From positions 1 through 52,692 of the forward strand of contig DCIQ01000194.1 of assembly GCA_002317435.1 (NCBI GenBank): a stretch of 52,692 nt of DNA, read 5' to 3'. The DNA is from Bacteroidales bacterium UBA1722. GTDB lineage: Bacteria; Bacteroidota; Bacteroidia; Bacteroidales; UBA932. Shown one piece after another: positions 47,650 through 52,692 of the stretch (its first letter is position 1; each line of letters opens with the position of its first letter). The translations under genes and the position numbers were made by a program. The notes below the pieces were generated by a model. The model did no database searches and was not told the origin of the DNA. It saw nothing but the letters and a program-made list of their open reading frames with translations.

Positions 47650-48195
47650 TTACTGCATTTTCACCTCCCGCAGGCGGGTGGAGGAAATGTCGTTCCGGGG
47701 GGCGTCGGCGAGGTAGGTGAGGCCTGCTGTCCAGGGGAGGGCGTCCAGTTCCCCGGTGCGGGCTTCGGCCTCCGGGTAGCCCGGTCTGGGATAGACCAGC
47801 AATTCGGTATCGGAGAGGATGTCCCTCCAGCGGTGCCATTTCTCCAGAATCAGGATGTTGTCCCCGCCTACGGCCAATATGAAACGTGTGTCTGGCTCCC
47901 GGGAGCGGAGCGCCGCGAGGGTGTCCAGGGTGTACCGGGGCTCGGGGAGGGTGAACTCTATGTCCGATACGGTGATTTTCGCCGATATTGCCGAAGGCAA
48001 TGACGATATCGCGGAACGTATATGGGAAAGCCTGTCCGGGGCGGTGGCGGAGTCCGTCGTCTTGAGCGGGTTCCGGGGGGAGAGGATGAGGCGCACTTCG
48101 TCTGTTCCGGGGCGGAGGGCCAGATATTCCGCTATGGCTGTGTGGCCATAGTGGAGCGGATCGAAGGAGCCCGGGAACAGGATTACGGTCTTCAT
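47650..48195 (-). CDS. nadD: Nicotinate-nucleotide adenylyltransferase
   Basis: ILFPGSFDPLHYGHTAIAEY (the (H/T)xGH motif) and ISSTRLR. The ATG at 48195 (MKTVILF) lies 4 nt after the gmk stop; a longer ATG at 48219 would overlap gmk. Confidence 0.85.
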   Translation of the reverse strand: MKTVILFPGSFDPLHYGHTAIAEYLALRPGTDEVRLILSPRNPLKTTDSATAPDRLSHIRSAISSLPSAISAKITVSDIEFTLPEPRYTLDTLAALRSREPDTRFILAVGGDNILILEKWHRWRDILSDTELLVYPRPGYPEAEARTGELDALPWTAGLTYLADAPRNDISSTRLREVKMQ

Positions 48196-48199
48196 CCGG

Positions 48200-48787
48200 T
48201 TATTCGCACAGAATTTCATCCACTATGCTCTCGGCTTCGGCGAATGCCTTCTGCAGGTCGTCGTTCACCAGAGTGCGGTCGAAATATCGCTCGTAGGTGA
48301 GTTCCTCTTCCGCCTTGGCCAGACGGCGTTCTATGGCTTCGGGGGAGTCGGTGCCGCGGCCTTCCAGCCTGCGGCGGAGCTCCTCTACGGACGGGGCCTT
48401 CACGAAGAGGGCGAGGGCACGGTCGCCGAAGATGCGTTTGATGTTCACGCCGCCTTTTACGTCGATGTCGAACAGAACTATGTGGCCTTTCGAGGTTATG
48501 CGCTCCACTTCGGATTTGAGGGTACCGTAGAATGAACCGGGATAGACTTCCTGATATTCCACGAAAGCGTCTTCCTCTATCAGTTCGCGGAATCGTTCCG
48601 CAGTCAGGAACCAGTAGTCCACTCCGTTCTTTTCGTCTCCGCGGGGTGCTCTGGAAGCGGCGGAGATGGAGAATTCGAGTCTGGGGTATTTCTCCAGAAG
48701 ATGGTGTACTATCGTGCTTTTGCCCGAACCTGACGGGGCGGAGAAAACTATTACCTGTCTTTTCATCGTGTCGTTCATGTTGTGCAT
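48200..48787 (-). CDS. gmk: Guanylate kinase
   Basis: VFSAPSGSGKSTIV P-loop, SATSRAPRGDE-like SAASRAPRGDE, and DYWFL. The start is ambiguous: ATGs at 48787, 48778 and 48766; the 48802 start in the ORF track is TTG. Confidence 0.9.
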   Translation of the reverse strand: MHNMNDTMKRQVIVFSAPSGSGKSTIVHHLLEKYPRLEFSISAASRAPRGDEKNGVDYWFLTAERFRELIEEDAFVEYQEVYPGSFYGTLKSEVERITSKGHIVLFDIDVKGGVNIKRIFGDRALALFVKAPSVEELRRRLEGRGTDSPEAIERRLAKAEEELTYERYFDRTLVNDDLQKAFAEAESIVDEILCE

Positions 48788-48851
48788 CCCGGAAAACTTC
48801 AATACTTTCGAAGGAATCCCAAGTAATGATGCTATTGTCCGCGAAAATAAC

Positions 48852-48859
48852 TAAATTTG
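48852..48859 (+). promoter_or_regulatory. Bacteroides-type -7 box (TAaaTTTG) for fba
   Basis: TAAATTTG lies 50 nt upstream of the ATG at 48909. Confidence 0.4.
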
Positions 48860-48908
48860 CGCGGATTTTTTCCATAACATTGATAATTCAAACCAATTAA
48901 CTATAGTT

Positions 48909-49871
48909 ATGACATCTTATAAAGACCTCGGCCTCGTAAACTCAAGAGAGATTTTCGCTAAGGCTGTGAAAGGCGGATATGCCATCCCCGCATTCAATTT
49001 CAACAACATGGAACAGATGCAGGCCATCATCCAGGCTTGTGTCGAGACCAAATCTCCGGTTATCCTCCAGGTTTCAAGCGGTGCCCGCAAATACGCCAAC
49101 CAGACTCTTCTCCGTTACATGGCCCAGGGTGCCGTGGAGTATGCAAAGGAACTCGGCTACAATATTCCCATCGTCCTCCATCTCGACCACGGTGACAGCT
49201 TCGAACTCTGCAAGAGCTGTATCGAATACGGTTTCTCTTCAGTCATGATCGACGGTTCACATCTCCCTTATGACGAGAACGTGGCTCTGACCAAGAAGGT
49301 CGTTGAATATGCACATCAGTATGATGTCACCGTAGAAGGAGAACTCGGAGTCCTCGCCGGTGTCGAAGATGACGTCAAGGCCGAGTCCCATACATATACA
49401 CGTCCCGAAGAAGTCGAAGACTTCGTGAAGAAGACAGGCGTTGATTCCCTCGCCATCTCCATCGGAACATCCCACGGTGCTTACAAATTCAAACCGGGTC
49501 AGAAACCTGAGATCCGCCTCGATATCCTCCATGAAATAGAGAAGAGAATCCCCGGATTCCCTATCGTTCTCCACGGTTCGTCATCCGTTCCTCAGGACAT
49601 CGTAGCTGAAATCAACCATTACGGCGGCGCTCTGAAGGATTCCATCGGTATCCCCGAGGACCAGCTGCGCGAAGCCAGCAAGTCAGCTGTCTGCAAGATC
49701 AACATCGACAGCGACGGCCGTCTCGCCATGACAGCGGCTGTCCGCAAGGTGTTCATCGAGAAACCCGAAGAATTCGATCCCCGCAAATATCTGGGTCCCG
49801 CCCGTGACAAACTGAAAGAACTCTACAAACATAAAGTGGTAAACGTTCTCGGCAGCGACAACAAAGCGTAA
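48909..49871 (+). CDS. fba: Class II fructose-bisphosphate aldolase
   Basis: YAIPAFNFNNMEQ, HLDHGDSFE, SVMIDGS, VEGELG, SIGTSHGAYKF, LVLHGSSSVP are class II FBA motifs. Confidence 0.95.
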   Translation: MTSYKDLGLVNSREIFAKAVKGGYAIPAFNFNNMEQMQAIIQACVETKSPVILQVSSGARKYANQTLLRYMAQGAVEYAKELGYNIPIVLHLDHGDSFELCKSCIEYGFSSVMIDGSHLPYDENVALTKKVVEYAHQYDVTVEGELGVLAGVEDDVKAESHTYTRPEEVEDFVKKTGVDSLAISIGTSHGAYKFKPGQKPEIRLDILHEIEKRIPGFPIVLHGSSSVPQDIVAEINHYGGALKDSIGIPEDQLREASKSAVCKINIDSDGRLAMTAAVRKVFIEKPEEFDPRKYLGPARDKLKELYKHKVVNVLGSDNKA

Positions 49872-49948
49872 TTGTCGCAGTCCATTCCATAAGGCAGGAG
49901 GTTTCACGGATGTGTGGGACCTCCTGTTGTTTTATGGAAAAAATGATA

Positions 49949-49956
49949 TATCTTTG
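49949..49956 (+). promoter_or_regulatory. Bacteroides-type -7 box (TAtcTTTG) for the lipoprotein gene
   Basis: TATCTTTG lies 28 nt before the ATG at 49984. Confidence 0.4.
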
Positions 49957-49983
49957 GTGGAAAATAACGAAACATTGATTATT

Positions 49984-50559
49984 ATGAAAAGGATTATTAC
50001 AGCTCTTGCGGTTTTCGCAGTATTGTTTTCTGCCGTATCCTGCGGCACCAAGGCCAAGGTGGCTCCCGGCAGGACGGAGATTCAGGAAGTGTTCTCAAGT
50101 AAGGAATATCGTTCGGACCGGGATTTTATCAGAGCTGTCGGCACTGCCATAAGTCCCAATGAGTCGATGGCTAAGAAACAGGCCCGTCTGGATGCCCGTG
50201 AACAGATCGCCCAAGGTGTCAATACCGTCATCAAGATGCTGACCCAGAACTATCAGAACCAGTATGGTCTGGGTACCGATACCGATTTCGCTTCCAAGTT
50301 CCAGAGCATGTCGAACGAAGTGGTGAACGCCACTTTGAACGGTGCCGTCGAGAAAGATTCCAAACTGTTTATGCTTAATGACGGGAGGTATCAGTCCTAC
50401 ATCTGTGTCGAATATCCCAAGGCAGCCATGGAAGAAGCCCTGAAGGGGGCTGCCCAGTCCATCTCGAAGGAAGCCAAGTATAATATCGATTTTCAGGAGT
50501 ATCAGTTCAAGAAGGCATTCGATGCCGCCATGGCTGAATACGCCGAGAGTCAGAAATAG
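49984..50559 (+). CDS. Putative lipoprotein (LPP20-like)
   Basis: MKRIITALAVFAVLFSAVSCG lipobox. ~190 aa. The FIRAVGTA...KKQARLDAREQIAQ segment recalls LPP20-family lipoproteins (weak match). Confidence 0.6.
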   Translation: MKRIITALAVFAVLFSAVSCGTKAKVAPGRTEIQEVFSSKEYRSDRDFIRAVGTAISPNESMAKKQARLDAREQIAQGVNTVIKMLTQNYQNQYGLGTDTDFASKFQSMSNEVVNATLNGAVEKDSKLFMLNDGRYQSYICVEYPKAAMEEALKGAAQSISKEAKYNIDFQEYQFKKAFDAAMAEYAESQK

Positions 50560-50645
50560 AGATTTTGTGACAATTTGTCGCATCCGGGTATCTGGCTTGC
50601 ATTTTGTGTCTGTCTCTCCGTCTGTGACGAAGAGACAGATTATTT

Positions 50646-51287
50646 ATGAAGAATATGGAAGAGAAAGAAGATAAAACCATCAATGCGGAAACTCTTGAAA
50701 ATGAGGTGGTGACTCCTGAGAATGAGACTGTTGCGGCAGTAAAGGAAGAACCTGTAAGGAAACTCTCCAGAAAGGAGAGAAAGGATGAAAAGAAAAAATA
50801 CGAAGAAGAGATCGACAGGCTGAAAAGTCAGTTCGAAGAGGAGAAGTCCGCCCTGAATGTCAAGATAGCAGAGACTAATGACAAATACCTCAGGCTGGCG
50901 GCGGAATTCGACAATTACCGCAGAAGGACGGCCAAGGAACGTCTTGAATTGATAACTTCCGGAGGGGAAGATGTCCTGAAAGGGATACTGCCCACTCTGG
51001 ATGACTGTGAAAAAGCCCTTGAGATGCTTTCGAAACTCGAAGGATGTCAGGAAGCAGTGGAAGGCACCCGTCTCATCTATGATAAACTGACCGCATTTCT
51101 GAAGAGCAGGGGAGTGGCCCGCATCGAGGCTCTCGGCGCCGATTTCGATACGGACCTTCACGAGGCTGTGGCCCAGTTCCCCGTTCAGGAAGAAGAAAAG
51201 AAGAACAAGGTCATCGATGTCGTCAGACAGGGATATAAGTTAAAGGAGAAAGTAATCCGCTACGCTCAGGTAGTGGTGGGAATCTGA
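50646..51287 (+). CDS. grpE: Nucleotide exchange factor GrpE
   Basis: Charged N-terminus followed by [38 protein letters not shown], and the C-terminal [16 protein letters not shown]. Confidence 0.95.
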   Translation: MKNMEEKEDKTINAETLENEVVTPENETVAAVKEEPVRKLSRKERKDEKKKYEEEIDRLKSQFEEEKSALNVKIAETNDKYLRLAAEFDNYRRRTAKERLELITSGGEDVLKGILPTLDDCEKALEMLSKLEGCQEAVEGTRLIYDKLTAFLKSRGVARIEALGADFDTDLHEAVAQFPVQEEEKKNKVIDVVRQGYKLKEKVIRYAQVVVGI

Positions 51288-51309
51288 TTCATTTTCGGGA
51301 ATTGTCATC

Positions 51310-52479
51310 ATGGCTGAAAAAAGAGATTATTATGAGGTGCTTGGAGTCAACAAGAACTCCACTCCCGATGAGATAAAGAAGGCATACAGGAAACTTGCGC
51401 TTCAATATCATCCAGACCGCAATCCCGGGGACAAGACCGCCGAGGAGAAATTCAAGGAAGCGGCCGAGGCTTATGACGTGCTGAGCAATCCCGACAAGAA
51501 GGCCCGTTACGACCAGTTCGGTATGGCCGGAATGAGCGGTGCCGGACAGGGTGGCTTCGGCGGATTCGGAGGCTTCTCGATGGATGATATTTTCAGCCGT
51601 TTCGGAGATATCTTCTCCGGAGGCTTCGGGGGAGGCTCTCCTTTCGATTCGTTCTTCGGAGGCGGTTCGTCCGCCGGTCGCAGGACTCCCCACGGATCGA
51701 ATCTCCGCATCAGGGTGAAACTTACCCTGGAAGAGATGGTGAAGGGGACCACCAAGACCATAAAGCTGAACAAGGACGTGGTATGCCCGAAATGTAACGG
51801 GAAGGGTGCGGAGTCCCAGGCGGATATCCATACGTGTGATACCTGCCACGGAACAGGTCGCGTGACCAAGGTGGTGAATTCGTTTCTGGGGAGGATGCAA
51901 ACGGTGGACACCTGTCCCAAGTGCGGCGGCTCAGGGAAGATTATAAAGAAACCATGTGCCTGCTGTCACGGAACCGGACTTGCCAAGTCGTCGGAAGAGA
52001 TATCTTTCAAGATACCTGCCGGGATGATGGAAGGGATGGAACTCACCGTATCCGGGAAGGGAAATGCCGCCAGGGAAGGTGGGGTGCCGGGAGATCTTCT
52101 GGTATCCATCACTGAAGAACCTCATCCTGTACTTCAGAGGGAAGGAAATGATCTTATCTATACCCTGTTCATCTCGGTTCCGGATGCCATTCTGGGTACC
52201 ACGGCGGAAGTTCCGTCGGTGGACGGGCATCTCAGAATCAAGATAGAACCGGGGACGCAGTCCGGAAAAGTATTGCGCTTGCGCGGAAAAGGAATTCCCG
52301 AAGTTCAGGGATACGGGTGCGGGGATCTGCTCGTGTACGTTCAGGTATGGACGCCGAAGAAAGTGGACAGGGATGAAAGGGAATTTCTCGAAAAACTCCG
52401 TGGCTCGAAGAATTTCGAGCCGTCTCCCTCGAAGGAGGAGAGGAATTTCTTCGACAGGATGAAGAAAATCTTCAATTGA
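51310..52479 (+). CDS. dnaJ: Molecular chaperone DnaJ
   Basis: J domain (DYYEVLGV...[18 protein letters not shown]), G/F-rich linker, and four CxxCxGxG zinc-finger repeats ([32 protein letters not shown]). Confidence 0.97.
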   Translation: MAEKRDYYEVLGVNKNSTPDEIKKAYRKLALQYHPDRNPGDKTAEEKFKEAAEAYDVLSNPDKKARYDQFGMAGMSGAGQGGFGGFGGFSMDDIFSRFGDIFSGGFGGGSPFDSFFGGGSSAGRRTPHGSNLRIRVKLTLEEMVKGTTKTIKLNKDVVCPKCNGKGAESQADIHTCDTCHGTGRVTKVVNSFLGRMQTVDTCPKCGGSGKIIKKPCACCHGTGLAKSSEEISFKIPAGMMEGMELTVSGKGNAAREGGVPGDLLVSITEEPHPVLQREGNDLIYTLFISVPDAILGTTAEVPSVDGHLRIKIEPGTQSGKVLRLRGKGIPEVQGYGCGDLLVYVQVWTPKKVDRDEREFLEKLRGSKNFEPSPSKEERNFFDRMKKIFN

Positions 52480-52513
52480 AGATAAAAAAGTTTGGAGGTA
52501 GACCGAAAATATC

Positions 52514-52521
52514 TATCTTTG
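52514..52521 (+). promoter_or_regulatory. Bacteroides-type -7 box (TAtcTTTG) for rplS
   Basis: TATCTTTG lies ~60 nt upstream of the rplS ATG. Confidence 0.4.
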
Positions 52522-52582
52522 CAGTCCGAAAAAATAAGCAACCTCTCGCACTTGACGACGTTGCCACTATAACACAGAGAAA

Positions 52583-52692
52583 ATGGACTTAATCAAAGTT
52601 GCCGAACAGGCATTCGCACAGGAAGCTAAGAATTTCCCTGCATTCAAGGCTGGTGACACTATTACAGTCACCTATAAGATTAAAGAAGAGAA
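52583..52692 (+). CDS. rplS: 50S ribosomal protein L19, N-terminal part (runs off the window)
   Basis: MDLIKVAEQAFAQEAKNFPAFKAGDTITVTYKIKEE matches the conserved L19 N-terminus. It is not in the ORF track because it is truncated by the window end. Confidence 0.85.
   Translation, partial: MDLIKVAEQAFAQEAKNFPAFKAGDTITVTYKIKEE

Noticed and set aside
50581-50645. A CIRCE/HrcA operator upstream of grpE-dnaJ.
   Set aside because: The inverted repeat present does not match the CIRCE consensus. It is reported only as an unexplained hairpin.

Overview
The window is a Bacteroidales-type chromosome segment. This call rests on a SusC/SusD pair, a hybrid two-component regulator, a type III glutamine synthetase and many TAnnTTTG -7 promoter boxes 15-30 nt upstream of start codons. 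From left to right the window holds four blocks. (1) nt 1-18435: the 3' end of an FAD-oxidoreductase gene, a purine-salvage pair (xpt plus an NCS2 permease), and a polysaccharide utilisation locus. The locus contains an HTCS regulator, a DUF6057-like membrane protein, a CxxCH beta-propeller lipoprotein, SusC, SusD, and a GH2 beta-galactosidase with an N-terminal ricin-type domain. (2) nt 18445-34317: a ~15.6 kb island bounded by two ~135-nt direct repeats, each ending in its own intrinsic terminator. The island carries a tightly coupled five-gene operon: STAS protein, NRPS (C-A-T-C-A-T-R), NRPS (A-T-degenerate C-TE with a Cys nucleophile), MATE exporter fused to an RsbW/SpoIIAB-like GHKL kinase domain, and a transmembrane PP2C/SpoIIE phosphatase. 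A CX5R phosphatase lipoprotein follows the operon. This operon combines a non-ribosomal peptide pathway with a complete partner-switching triad that has no sigma factor. It is the most unusual system in the window. (3) nt 34467-42346: a low-GC AAA ATPase, a secreted hypothetical protein, type III glnA, a cupin, an acyltransferase-3, trxA, an FKBP isomerase and yaaA. (4) nt 42350-52692: a gene interrupted by an in-frame TGA, a ~970-bp gene-free structured region (20-bp perfect palindrome, GC hairpins, homopolymer tracts), hicAB, and then housekeeping genes (aspA, panB, rluA-family, nadD, gmk, fba, a lipoprotein, grpE, dnaJ, start of rplS). I recognised no rRNA, tRNA, CRISPR array, integrase or transposase. 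All calls come from reading the translated ORFs and the DNA by eye; no database search was run.
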